Assembly: GCA_951406725.2 (NCBI GenBank)
Contig: OX597823.1
Span: 50,096,001 to 50,160,000, forward strand
DNA: 64,000 nucleotides
Direction of reading: 5' to 3'
Source: Octopus vulgaris
Taxonomy: Eukaryota
Below the pieces are notes generated by a model, which did not search any database, was not told the DNA's origin, and saw only the letters and a program-made list of their open reading frames with translations. Every line of letters starts with the position of its first letter. Position 1 is the stretch's first letter. The translations under genes and the position numbers were made by a program. Shown piece by piece: positions 38,613-52,229 of the stretch.

Positions 38613-38671
<59 letters not shown>

Positions 38672-38842
38672 GGCAGGATCCAATTGAATCAAGGTATTTT
38701 AATGATAAGGACACCAAGTTAGGTCAACAGTATATATGGACACTCACACATGTACTAAGTTATAAATGGACTTGTCCTGAAACTTACTACACAACCACAG
38801 AGCAGATCAATATAAATGTTAAATTTGAGATTTAAATTTTTA

Positions 38843-38928
38843 TTCACCTGAAGAAAACTGCTTTTTCATGATGTAATTGATACGTTCATTAATAAAAATA
38901 AAAAAGCATCTGAAACAGCTGTAATGAA
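38843..38928 (+). ncRNA. Degenerate type-I hammerhead ribozyme motif
   Basis: TTCAC-CTGAAGA-...TGCTTTTT/AAAAAGCA...-GAAA-CAGCTG-TA-ATGAA, with the same CAGCTG stem III as the motif at 23480. Confidence 0.6.
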
Positions 38929-39229
38929 CCTCAAGCTATTTGTGTTCATATGTATGTATATATCTGTGTCTATGTATGTATGTATGTATTAATGTAAATG
39001 TGTGTTCTACTACCACTTGACAACTGCTATTGGTTTGTTTATGTCCTTGTAACTTGGCAGTTCGGCAAAAAGACACCAATAGAATAAGTGCCAGGCTTAA
39101 AAATAAGTACTGGGATTGGTTTGATTGACTAAACACTTCAAGGCAGTACCCCAGCATGGCCATAGTCCAATGAGTGAAACCGGTAAAAGAATGCTCGTAA
39201 TGATGGTGACAAGGAAGCTACGGTGCTGA

Positions 39230-39720
39230 TGAAGGTAGTCATTGGTTGTGGTGGTAGTGGAGGTATTAGTAGTTGTGATGGAGCCGGTAGTGGTGGCGGT
39301 GGTGATGAAGATGCAGGTAGTGAGAAACAATGGGATTAGAAGTAATGATGGTGGAGATGGTGGTAATAGTAGTAGCAGTGCTGGTGGTAGTGGTGGTGGG
39401 CATGGAAAGTGATGAAAGCAGATGTGGTGGTGAAGGACACAGTAGTAGCAGTAGCAGTGGTGGTGGTGGTATGGGAAGTAGTGATGGCAATGGAGTGGAG
39501 CTGGATGGGAGGTGGGGCAGCAGCAGCAGTGGTGATGGACTCTGTGGTAGTGGTGATGATAGTGGGGGATGGGGTGGGGGTAGAGAATAGAAGCAACAAC
39601 AGTTAGTAGTGATGAAAAATATGATTAATGTTCTGCACACAATTGCAGTGGTGGTGATGGCGGTGGTAGTGGTGGTGTTTGTTACCTGGCCATCATGGCA
39701 GTGATGACAGCGGTAGTCAT
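39230..39720. repeat. Degenerate (GGT/AGT/GAT)n low-complexity tract
   Basis: Direct read; similar tracts at 34763-34830 and 51060-51580. Confidence 0.9.
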
Positions 39721-39946
39721 TACAGTGGCACTAAGGTCCATGCTACTTGGTTCTATTTCAAATGTCAGTCATCATGAAGGTGATGGTAGTGGGACTGTTG
39801 TTAATTGTTGGGGTTAGCAAGAACTAAATAAATCTATGCCAGCACTGACTCTACTATTTTGGTAATGCTATTTATATAAAGCTTACCTGGTTATTACCAT
39901 TCATTTTAACTGAAATACAAGGGTTTGCATGGAAATGCTATGTAGG

Positions 39947-39992
<46 letters not shown>

Positions 39993-40569
39993 CATAGTAA
40001 GAGATTGTAGCAGAATATAACTTAATTATGAGACAGTTTATAAAAGTTGATGCACACGTGTGTGGGGGAGGGGGGTAAAGTTATGTTAATTGTGTGAAAG
40101 AACTGACTAAGAATGTACTATATGCCTTGTTGCAGAGAGATGTACTTTTAATAGTACAGATTCATGAATGAAAATTTCCAATACTATGCCTTGTTATTTA
40201 CGCCTTTATCCATCATCAAATATATTTCATATGTGATCATTTTGTTATTTGTTATTGTATGTCCTCCCCAACTCCACCCCAGATAATTTGTTCTCCTGCT
40301 TTCATGACGGTGTGATTGAATTTGAAGGAGATTTGGTTGCTATTTCTAGCAGACCAAATGACTACATAGAGGCTTAATTCCCACGATGGCTTGAACAGTA
40401 AAACCATCTTAGTATAAATCGCTGAATGATTTCTTGAATATGCTTCTAATAGTAACGGTCCATTTATGGTTTCTAGAAATATATTTATAATAATGTTCCA
40501 TTCTTGTTTCCAGAATAAATTCTAAAAAAAAAAAACAACTGTTAACATCTTGTAGAATATACTATCCAT

Positions 40570-40990
40570 CCATCTTTTCTACTCACTATTCCTGGGAGGG
40601 TTGTGAGGGCAGAGATCTCAGACACCTTCTACAAAGGGTTCTTTCACAAGGGACAATCAGACCTTTTAGCTAGATTATCAAGCATGACCAACTGAGACAA
40701 TGAATATTATCCAGTGAGGCGCCAGTGAGTTGGCTCAGCTTGAAGAATCTGTCTTGCAATACTTACCTGTGGCATTCTAATGACATGTCCATAATACTGG
40801 AGCTGTGACCTCTCATTCCAGAGAAGTAGTGGCTCAACTCTGAGAGACTCCCTGATCTCTGAGAGTTATGTTCCCCGCTGATTAACATTACCCCAGAAAC
40901 CCTTTGGCGGAACCCCATTTCAGCTGCTTGTATTCACAATTATACTCTGTAGGCCATAAACTCAACTTTCATGGCCATATGTGAAATAAA
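40570..40990 (-). mobile_element. RTE (Expander/Rex3-like) LINE 3' fragment
   Basis: IQAAEMGFRQRVSG...VEPLLLWNERSQLQYYGHVIRMPQVSIARQILQA, matching VEPLLL.IERSQLRW.GH..RMP. Confidence 0.75.
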
Positions 40991-43900
40991 CATGGAAACC
41001 AAGTTGAAGATAGAAAAAATGTTTTTTTTTTATCACACTTTCAACCAGAAAGAGTAATGTTTTACAGAATATACTTATAATAGTAAAGATCTATGAATGC
41101 TTACAAACTGTGCCAAAAGTCCAATATATGATGTATGAGAGAGCTGGGTTAATGGCTGGACATATTTGGTCTTAATTAATAAACAAACAAGAAGTGTTCA
41201 AAACCAAGACCAGAGACAGAAAAGTAACCTGAATGAGATATGTGATGTACATTCCAATCTCTTAAGTTCAATTCAATCAACATGCTCTGGTCTGATGAGG
41301 AAATTAGTTTGAAAAACGATTTTTTCAATCTAATGAAGTTAATTTCTGGGCCGTGGAGAGCTGTTGCTGATTTTAGAACTAAAATCTACTGATGTTGAAA
41401 AATAAAAAAAGAAACATACTGCAGAAAGAACAATTACACATTTTATGCCCACCCAAGTCAATTATGTATGCATGTGTATAGATATATATACATGTCTGCA
41501 TGTGCACACACATTTATCTGTTCACATATACATCTTAATGCATATATATAAATATATGTGTGTGTGTGTGTGTGTGTATGTATGAATGAGCATGTGTTAC
41601 AAAAGGCATCTAGCCAGAAAACTAAACCAACATGAAACTTCTGAGTGAGATATGGCCCTTCAACTAAAATCAATTTAGGAGAGTAGTAATCACCCATCCA
41701 ACCCATGCCAGTATGGAAAGCAGATGTAATACAATGATAATAGCATATATATGTCAGTAGAGCTTGATGCAGTCCTTTGGTATGCCACCTCCTGCTAAAC
41801 CATCTAACTCCTGTCAGCTTGGAAAATAGACATTAAATGAGAACAATGATTTTATAAATATATTCTATGTCCAAGCATATTTCAACTGGCAACAAGATTA
41901 TATTTATACACACAACTGATTAGTGCTTTTATTCCATATTTTGTTTATGGTGAGCCACTGATTGATACAACCAGTCTCAGTGCGAAATCAAGAACATAAT
42001 GAGAGATATCCAACTCTTGTCAGTTTGTAGCATTTCCCTTTCTGGTATCTGATGCTGAAGAAGAAATAACCACTCCAAAATACATGTATCCCTCAGTCTA
42101 GTTAGAGAGCACTTCAAACTGACTTGGTGTGTGTTTACACTTGCTTGTCTACAGCAAGAAATTTTCTCCATAACTAAATACAGTGAATGGCTTCCTTACA
42201 AGTTCGAATATGCCCAAAGAATATTTTAACAGGTAACAAGTTTGTATTTATACACATCACTGCTTAATACTTCCATTCTACACACACACACACAGATACT
42301 TGTGTGTGTATATGCATGCATGCAACAGATCCTGCAACTGAGTTGTTCAATCAATGGAGTGATCAACTCAAAAGTTTCCTATGTAAGTGGCTCGAGTATA
42401 TCACAGACGCATTCTCATGTAATTCTCATGTTGAATCAGTGTAACAAATTATGTGACAAGGATGGATCTTTGAATTACAGGCACAGTTTACATCCAGCAA
42501 GCTTCTACACAATTTCTGACAACCTAGTTTCACTCACAAGGCTTAGTTTAACCAGAGACTTTTGTAAAAGACATTTGCCTCAATATGCTATGCAATGAAA
42601 TTGAACCTGGGACTTCAAGATTCCAAAGCAAACTTCTTCACAACTTAGTCATGCTTGCTACACATATATTTAGCAGGAATAGTGAAGTAGTGTAAGTGGA
42701 AAGCATGACCACATAGCTACTTCTTTCATGCCATATACATGTATGCATGCATACATACATAAACACAAATAAGTACTCATTAGAAGAATTCTAGATCACA
42801 ATATTCTAATAGTTATTGATTCTTGCTTGGTGCCTGCACTTTACCAAACATGTTTGCATCAGAAGTCAACTGTACAATACAATAGATATTTAGTGAAGAG
42901 GCCTGACTCACTGCTAGTCATTCAGTACGTTGGAAAACAAACGTACTATAACTGACCTGGTCTGACTCATACTTAGCACAGTGTATCTACTAAGATGCAG
43001 AATGGTGTAAGTAATAGTAAAGTGAGCTGCATGATTGGTAAGTTTACATTCTTAATGAACTAATCTATTTAGTATCTTTTCATGTGAGACTTCTAAGTTA
43101 TATATTAGTCAAATAATTTGATCAAACACCAGATTCAATACTGCTCCATTGAATGCTAACTTAATTTTCCTTGCAAAGTTGTTTCCCATGCCTGTCTGGC
43201 CAGAATTAATCTTCAAGCTAATTGTTTTTACTTTCTCACAATTAGTGTAATACTGGTTTCAAATTCTGGCACAAGGTCAGCAATTTCAGAAGAAGCGATA
43301 AGTCACTTACATCAACCTCAGAGTTCAACTGGTACTTCTTTTATCAACCTCGAAAGGATGAAAGGCAAAGTCAACCTTAGCAGAATTTGAACTCAGAATG
43401 TAAAGACAGATGAAATGCCACTAAGCATTTAGCCCTGCATGCTAACAATTCTGCCAGCTTACCAACATGCAGTGAGTGCAATACTTATCAAAATATCTAG
43501 TTCATCACAAATATTCAAGTGCTGACTTTACCATAATCTAATCAAATGTTTACTTAAACTCTTTAACATTTAAACTGACTATATGCGACCAAAATATTCT
43601 ACATGCTTTGAGTTCAAACTGGCCAGATCTGGCCTCTCACACCTATCCTACTAGGTGATCCTAAAAATGATCAAACTTTTGAAGCTATTTTGGGGGAAGG
43701 GATAAGTCAATTACATCAACTCCAGAGTTCAACTGGTACTTCTTTAAGTGGCTGAATATACCACAGACATGTGTACCCTTTGCATAATTCCCTAGTGGAA
43801 CCTGCATGACAGTGTGACAAGGTTGGACCTTTAGGTTACAGTTTCAAGAAGCTTCTGAACAGTTTCCATCAGTCCAATCTCACTGTCCCTTGGTTAATTC

Positions 43901-44123
43901 AAAACAATGTTAATAAGCATTATATGTGACAGAGTAAGCTGAATGTTAAAGTGTTTATGGATATTGTGATGTATAAACTATTTGTTAGTTATGAACTAAT
44001 GTAACTCACAGTTGTGAATACATATATATGAAAACATACATAAATACTTTCTACAAAATAAAGGATCCCTAAAGGACAGTATGAAGCACTGGTTTCATGT
44101 TCATGATAATAATAATAATAATA

Positions 44124-44480
44124 ACAGCACTCAGAGAACGCAAGCCTCCGCCAAGGCAACACCAACATCCTCTCAATGATTAACCAGAAATGATTTTTAA
44201 AATGAAAATATCTGAAATGAACTTGAATACTCTCACAAATGAGAATACTAAAAATGAACCTGACCGCTCTCAAAAATTAAGTAAAAAAACAGGAAAAATA
44301 GTCCAGAAAACTTGTCCAGTGTAGGATCAATCTCAAAGTCTAATCAGTTTGTGCCAGTTAGAAGGCCAAATACACCTGAAAGTTTCATCAAAATCCATCC
44401 CGTGGTTCTTTAGATAACTTGTCGATGGACAAATAAACACAACTAAAAACAATACCTCCACCTTGGCTAAAGCAGAGGTA
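44124..44480 (+). mobile_element. HINE/Helentron-type non-autonomous element
   Basis: Subterminal CCTCCGCCAAGG (44145-44156) is complementary to CCTTGGC at 44461. A terminal palindrome CCTCCACCTTGGCTAAAGCAGAGG is present, and the element sits in (TAA)n. Confidence 0.6.
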
Positions 44481-46858
44481 ATAATAGTCAATGGAGGCCT
44501 GCTGGTTTTATTTTTTATACTAGTTTCAGTCATCAGACTGCGGCCATGCTCAGGCATCACCTTGAAGAATTGTAGTTGAATGCATCAACCTCAGGACGTT
44601 TTATTTTCTTTTAAACCTGGTACTTATTCTATCAGTCTCCTTTACTGAACTGCTAGGTTGTGGGAATGTAAACACACCAACACCAGTTGCCAAGTGGTGG
44701 TGGGGAACAAATGTAAAGACACATGATGGGCTTCTTTCAAATCCATATATATGTGCATACACACACAACAGGGTTCTTTCAATTTCTGTCTACTAAATCC
44801 ACTCACAAGGCTTTGATTGGCCCAAGGCTTATAGCAGAAGACACTTGTCCAAGTGCCATGTAGTGGGACTGAACCAAGAACCATATGGCTGGGAAGCATG
44901 GCTGTGTGTTAAGATTGATGATGAATTTTCATTAGTTCAATCAACTGAACTCCCAGCTCATTGAATTAACCTGTAAGTGGCTGAATATACCACAGACATG
45001 TGTACCCTTTACCTAATTCTCTGGTGGAACCAGCATGACACAGTGTTACAAGGTTGGACCTTTAAGTTACAGTTACAAGAAGCTTCTAAACAGTCTTCTT
45101 CAGTCCAGTTTCACTCACAAGGCTTTAGTTGTCTTAAGGCTTTGGTAAAATGTACTGGTACAAGATGCTATGCAAAGATAAATTACTTCTTTAAAAAGTA
45201 ACATTCCTCCATAATCTGGCAATTATTGAAAACAACTTGGTGAACTGAAGCTGTGTTCAATGTGCTCTGCCCAAAAATAAAACAAAATACTCATAGCAGA
45301 TTTGAACTCATAATCTATGAGTAAGTAGTCCAATACCTTATTCACCCAGCCATTCTATCTCTACTGTAGTAAATGGTAGATATTTTTGTAGTACAGAGCA
45401 AGCCTAACTGAAATAGAGCAAATATTTTATATCGTTCATATTGTCTTCAACATCATCATAACCAACACTACTATTTGATTAACCTCCCTTCTGCTTCTGA
45501 GACTATTTTCATCCCCACCTCTGTTTATGGACTGGCATATATGTAGCATTACACTGTTTCCTGCTGCCATGGCTCAATGAAGTCAGTAAAGTGATATTTC
45601 TTTGTTTCCACTTCACTGGAGCAACTTAAGTTTTCACTTCACTGGAGCAGCTTTAAGTTCTTCAAATCAAATTTTAAAGTACTTTATTTTCTTTCTTTCA
45701 AACTCTAAACTCTCTAGCACTCATCTTTAATTAGCTTTTATCCCCAAATGTCATTGTGTAATTAATTACACAACTAATCTCCTTAATTCTCCACTATCAT
45801 TACTCTTCCATTCCTTTTCCTTACTACCTACATCTTACCAGATTCTTGAGAATCTTCTTCCTTCAATGATTATCTTCCATCTTCAAAAATCATTTGAGAA
45901 ACTATTCTTTAAAAAAATCTTATGAATCTTCAAGAGAACTGAATTTTAAAACTGTTTTTTTTTTAATATTTAATTAAAAATTTAAAGGATTTCTTAAACA
46001 AATAGCTTTTAATATAAAAATACAACACTATATTGTCAACATTGGTTGTCCTCATTTGTTGAATCCATATGACTGGTACTCATTCTATGGAGTCTGACAT
46101 CCAAAGGGAGAAAGCCAAAATAAGCTTAGCCAAGAAGATGTTGAAGGTTGAAAACTAAAACATTTAGAAGATAAGGCCAGTGAGTGGATTGGCAAAAACA
46201 TTAGAGCATCAGACAAAACGCTCAGCAGTATTTGTTCCTGTTGTTTATGTTGGACTCAAATCCTGCTGAGCTCAAGTCTTTCAACCTTCATAAGTCAGTA
46301 AAGTCCCAGTCAAATACTAATATTCATATAATCAACTAACTTTCACCTCCAATCAATTTTCTGGCATTATGCCTAAAGAAGCCAGTGGAATGGTAGTAGT
46401 GATACTGAAGTGAACTAAATATTGGTTGCAAATTTTGACACAAGATTAACAATTTGGTGGGGAGTGTTCAACTGGTACTTATTTTATCAAGCTCAAAAGG
46501 AAGAAAGCCAAAGTGAAAGAATTTGAACTCAGAATGTAAAGACAGAAGAAACGCCACTAAGCATTTTGTTTGACACACTAAAGATTCTGCTAGCTCACTG
46601 CTTTGAATAACAATAGTAATAATTCCTTCTACTATAGGCACAAGGTCTGAAATTTGGTGGGAAAGGCAAGTCAATTACATTGACCCCAGTGCTGCTCAAC
46701 TGGTATTTATTTCATCAACCCCAAAAGGATGAAAGGCAGAGTCAACCTCAGTAGAATTTGAACTTAGAACAAGAAGACAGAAGAAATATCACTAAGCATT
46801 TTGCCAGGTGTGCTAACAATTCTGACAGTTTGATACCTTGTAGTGAACTAAATATTAA

Positions 46859-47077
46859 CCTTTTAGCATTTAAACAGGCCATATCTGGCCGAAATATTCC
46901 ACTTGTTTTATGTTTAAACTGGCCAGATCCAGCTTTTCACAGCTACCCTACAATGTCACTCTAAAATAAGCAATCACATTATTGAAATCTTGAAGTTATG
47001 AGATAATCCATGATTAATTAAAAACAATGTGAATACGCAAACATTACATCTGATGGAGTAATCTGAATACTAAAGGG
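46859..47077 (+). mobile_element. piggyBac-type MITE (family P2)
   Basis: TTAA on both sides, with CC(C)TTTAG / CTAAAGGG ends. Confidence 0.8.
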
Positions 47078-48277
47078 TTAAATAGCAATTAGTTGCATAC
47101 CTTCAAATTCTAGGTTCAAATTCCACCAGATCAAACTCTTACCTTTCACTCTCTGGGATCAATAAATGACAGGCACATAATACAGTTAATTAAATCAAAA
47201 CAATTGCACTATGAAATAGATTATAAGACTTTTTTGGAACATTTTTTTTTTGTTAGCTTTGTCAGAGTAGGAATGACAGGCCCTATGATCTTTACCTGAG
47301 TTTCTATGACCAATAAGAAAAAAGGAAAGGTGTTGCTCTCAGATCACAACCCTAGCTTGTAACTTCACTAAAGACTCCCAAGTGTCAGCACGTGATGATA
47401 AATTATGCCTACCATACAAGAAGAGGAATGGTCCTCCAATAGGCTTCGACACAGTTTCTTCCCCACAATTATTTCACTTGAGGCTTTGACTGATCCCAAA
47501 GTATGGTTCAAAGACACTCAGCAGAATTGAGCCCAAAACCAAGTAGAGGCAAAAACAAACTTCTTAGTCACACAACCAGGCCAGTAATGAAGCAAATGAA
47601 CCTAATGTGAATGTTAGGAATCATAACTGATGTTAATAAACAAGGTAGGAATGTGTTACTGTGAAATCAATAATCTTAACTGCTTACTTGTTTCAGTCAT
47701 TAGACTACGGCCATGCTGGGGCACCATCCTAAAGAAATTTTAGTCAAATGAATCAACCCTAGTACTTTTTTTAAGCTTGGCACCTATTCTATTGTTCTCT
47801 TTTGCTGAACTGCAAAGTTACGGGTATGTAAACAAGCCAACAGAGGTTGTCAAGCAGTGATGAGGAAAAAGACACACAAACACACACGATGGGCTTCTTT
47901 CAGTTTCCATCAACCAAATCCACTCACACAAGGTGCCATGCAGAAGGACTGAACCTGGAATCATATAGTTGGGAAGCAAACTTCTTACCACACTGCCACA
48001 CCTGTGCCTATTGAATCAGTTACCTTTCCCTAAGTGATAAAACATGGAAAACTAACATACAGAGGCTGATTATATTGCAGCTTACTAGTTAGAAGAAATC
48101 AAGTTAATTCATCTGATGTCATGTAATTAATAATGCATTAAGTATTGTATCAGTTTCATTATACTGCTTCTGCAACAGTTTTCCATTCGTTGTTTCCAAT
48201 GCACAAAATCCTGACACACCTGAGAATGTGGCATAATCCTCTTTCTCAGTCTTGTGTCAATCCCACAGACATTTTAA

Positions 48278-48484
48278 CCCTTTAGAATTCAGATTACTCT
48301 ATCAAATCTAATACTCATCTATTTATATTGTCTTGAATTAATCATACATTACATCATAGCTTTCAGATTTCAATGATGTGCTTGTTTATTTTTTACTATG
48401 ACATTGTAGAGTAGGTATGAAATGTTTGAACAAAAAAGAGGTATAATATTTTGGCTGGATATGGTTGGTTTGAAAGCTAAAGGG
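48278..48484 (-). mobile_element. piggyBac-type MITE (family P2)
   Basis: TTAA-CCCTTTAG ... CTAAAGGG-TTAA, in reverse orientation to 46859-47077. Confidence 0.8.
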
Positions 48485-50134
48485 TTAAACTATTTTATAT
48501 CATTTTGTTTTTGTCTACTTACCATATTTTTAACTGTACTGAGTACAGGTGATTTCCACTTTGGAAATGGCACCTTTACCTGACCCAAATACTCTTACTA
48601 CTGATTCAGTAAAGCAGATTGATACACAACCAGCAGGATTGATAGATCTTACACTGAACAAACCAATATAGACTTTTAGTTGAAAATTTTCAAACTCATA
48701 GTTTATTAAAACAGAGTCATCTAATCATGGCATTCTTATTTTTAGAAAAATATCTCATGGCTGTGTGATAAGAAGCTTACTTCCCAAGCACATGGTTCCT
48801 TGGCATGGTTCTTCTACTATAGCCTTTGACTGACCAAAGCCTTGTGAGTGAATTTGGTAGGCAGAAACTGAAAAAAGCGGCGAGCTGGCAGAAACATTAA
48901 CACACCAGGCGAAATGCTTAGTGGTATTTCGTCTGCCGTTATGTTCTGAGTTCAAATTCCGCTGAGGTTAACTTTGCCTTTCATCCTTTCAGGGTCGATA
49001 AATTAAGTACCAGTTATGCACTGGGGTCAATGTAATCGACTTAATCCCTTTGTCTGTCCTTGTTTGTCCCCTCTATGTTTAGCTCCTTGTGGGCAATAAA
49101 GAAATATATATATATATATATATACACATACACACACATGCATGTGTGTGTGTCTCATCACTGCTTGACAGCTGATGTTGGTATGTTTGTCTTTGTAGCT
49201 TAGCAGTTTAGCAAAAGAGTTCAACAGAATGAGTACCAGGCTTAAAAGATAAAAAATACTGGGGTTGATTCATTCAACTAAAATTCTTCAAGGTGGCACC
49301 TAAGCATGGCCTCAGTCTGATAACTGAAACAAGTAACAGACAGATTAGCCACACAAGCAGTATTACTACTTTACATCTCCATAACTTAGCAGTTCAGTAA
49401 AAGAGATATTTGTTCAACTAAACCCTCCAAGGTGATGCCCCAGCATGGCTGCAGCCCAATGACTGAAAGAGGTTAAAGATAAAACATGAACATCAAGCAC
49501 AAGGAAATATGAAAATACAGGTCTTGGTGAGACACCCAATTGTTGTGATCTTCCAGATTGTAATAACACCACTCATCATTAAAAAGAAAAACCCAACCCT
49601 GAACTGCAAAGGATGAGTTGGACACAACAAGTACATATTTAGCATATTTGAGCAGTGAAGATATGTATGCATTTCTAGTTCCCAGTACATCTGATTCTCA
49701 CTTCCCTCAGTTTATTGATGAGGACACAAATCAGATCATTTGACAAAGTTTATGAACTGAAAACAATCACCATTAAGCTTACTTGTAGCTGAACTTGCAG
49801 TGGCACTCACTTGAAGTGGATTGAGACAGCTCTGACCAAAAAGTCATGTTCAGAGTTTCAGTGGGAATGCAAGTTCAAATGTAGCCCCCAATCACATGTA
49901 TACACACTTTGGGATAATGTGATCTGTAGCAACTCATCTTGTTGTTGAATGTGAACCATTGCAGAGGATTCATTGACCAAGTCATAGGCAATTATCAGAG
50001 CAGATGTAGCATGGGTTTAAAGCAGGTTCTAGAAACGTACAGTAACAAAAAATAAGTGGTGCCTCACTCCCGGTGGTCTTCTATCATGCCAGACACCAAC
50101 CTGGAATTTCTGAGAACCCATGCTTCACAGTTAA

Positions 50135-50351
50135 CCTTTTAGTATTCAAATTATTCTCTCAAACGTAATGCTTTTTCATGCAAATTGTTTTTAATTAATC
50201 ATGCATTATTTTGTCGCTTTGAAATTATGATGATGTGAATGTATATTTTATAATGGCATTGAAGGGTAAGTGTAATAGGCTGAATCTGGCTGGTTAGAAC
50301 ATAAAACATAGTATATTTGGGCTAGATATGGTCAGTCTAAATGCTAAAGGG
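50135..50351 (-). mobile_element. piggyBac-type MITE (family P2)
   Basis: TTAA TSDs at 50131 and 50352. Further degraded copies at about 43560 and 63148-63366. Confidence 0.8.
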
Positions 50352-50492
50352 TTAAGCAACAAGTCTTAAACAACAATTCGACTATGGTTGCTGTCTAGCT
50401 CCAGGTCAGTCCCAATCAAGAAGACATAGATGCAAGGAGTCAAGAATCACATTATCAAATGTGTTTTCCTGAGACACTAAGGTGAGATGTAA

Positions 50493-50710
50493 CCCTTTTG
50501 TTACCGTATTTGTTATGAGATGCTCTGTTTTTCTTTCAATTACTTTAAACATAACAAAGAATTTAGTAAAATAACTGTTATCATTCAGCTAGTATTAGGA
50601 ACATAAATTATGACTAAGGTTTGGTGGAAGATCTTAATTCAAATCTTATGAAAACAAGACATTTGTACTCAGAACCAGAGCTGGTTTCAGCCAGGTTGGT
50701 AACGAAAGGG
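50493..50710. mobile_element. piggyBac-type MITE (family P1)
   Basis: Closely similar to 27986-28205; GTAA/TTAA flanks. Confidence 0.85.
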
Positions 50711-51871
50711 TTAAGGATTACTTGGTTGCTATTTCTTGCAATTGTATGACCATGTAGAAATGTCCTCATTGTCTTGACAGTTATTTGTTACTTTAATAAA
50801 ATTATCATTTTGTCATCTTAGTGTATTATTTTATCACTCCGTGGTAGTAAATGTAACTACACCAGAAGAGGCATCAAGGTGAATGGCATCGAGGTACTAT
50901 CAAAACAGTAACTGATTCCTTGGCAAACAACAATGTTCTGCTCTTCAACCAGTTTATTCCAGCTTAGTTGCAGTTGTTTGTTGCTAAATGGACTGAAATA
51001 AGAGATTTCTTCAGATTTTCTTCTTTCATGAAACAAACAACATTCAATTAATTATATTAAAGTTGTTGTTGTTGTTGTTGCTGCTGCTCTGGTTGATAAA
51101 GAGATGTTCTCATTCTGATGCTGATAATGATAGTGAGGATAACTATTCATAAAGAAGATCATGGTAATAATCATCGATTAGGTATCAATAGTAGCGGTGG
51201 TGGTGGTGGTGGCAGTGGTATTGATGGTCGTGATGGTGGTGGGAATGGTGGCAGTGGAGGTGGTAGTAGTAGGCGTGATGGCAGTGGTGGTGACGGTGGT
51301 AGTGGCATTGATGATGGTGGTAGGGGAGGTTGTTGATGGTGAAGATGCTAATGTTGATGATAGTATTAGTATTAGTGGTACCAATATTACTGGTGGTGGC
51401 GGTGGTGGTAGTAGTAGTGCTGGTGGGTGGTTAGTGTTGTTTACAGTTTTTGCTGAAGATATTAGTAACAGCAATAGTGATAGCTGCAATGGTGGTAGTG
51501 GCGGTAGGTGAAAGTTGATGGTAGGAGTTGTTAGTAACAGTAGTAGTGATAGTAGTGGTATTGGTAGTGGTAATAATCAATACGATGATCTTTACAATCA
51601 TAAAACAGATGGAACAAAAAACAAAACAAACAAACAAAAAAAATCACTGATTTGATATTTCCACACTTCAGCTCTGCTACTTCACCTAATCGCTTGTTAT
51701 ATGATGAAAGTATTAAAAGGTGGTGGAAGACTTGAGTGCATATCGGAAGCTTAGGATATGACGATTCCTCCGAAACATTTGGTTCTTACTTCTAATCCAC
51801 AGTTTTCTACTCCTTGCCCCCTCTTCACCTCAAAGAACACAATATGATTTAATTTCAATTTAGCCATAAGT

Positions 51872-52210
51872 GAAGGTGCATGACTCAGTGGTTAGAGCAT
51901 TGGGTTCACAATCATGAGATAGTGAGTTCAATTCCCAGACTGGGCTATGTGTTGTTTTCTTGAGCAAGACACTTTATTTCATGTTGCTCCGGTTCACTCA
52001 GCTGTAGAAATGAGTTGCAACACCACTGGTGCCAAGTAGTATAGGCTTTGCCCTTCCCTTGAATAACATCAGTGGTGTGACAAGGGGAGGCTGGTATGCA
52101 TGGGTGGCAGCTGGTCTTCCATAAACAACCTTACCTGGACTTGTGCCTTGGACAGTAACTTTCTAAGTGCAATCCTATGGTCATTCATGACTGAAGGGAG
52201 GTCTTTACCT
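51872..52210 (+). mobile_element. tRNA-derived SINE family E
   Basis: A-box TGACTCAGTGGTTAGAGC, B-box GAGTTCAATTCCC and a TTGAGCAAGACACTTT core; TTAGCCA on both flanks. Confidence 0.8.
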
Positions 52211-52229
52211 TAGCCAGAGGTATATAAAT

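Noticed and set aside
39266-39640. Gly/Ser-, Pro-, Thr- and Val-rich ORFs (also 51118-51637)
   Set aside because: Artefacts of degenerate trinucleotide tracts that are open in several frames on both strands.
40761-40950. Apparent exon ending in a perfect CAG|GTAAGT donor
   Set aside because: It lies inside an RTE fragment whose reading frame continues through the site; there is no evidence of exonisation.
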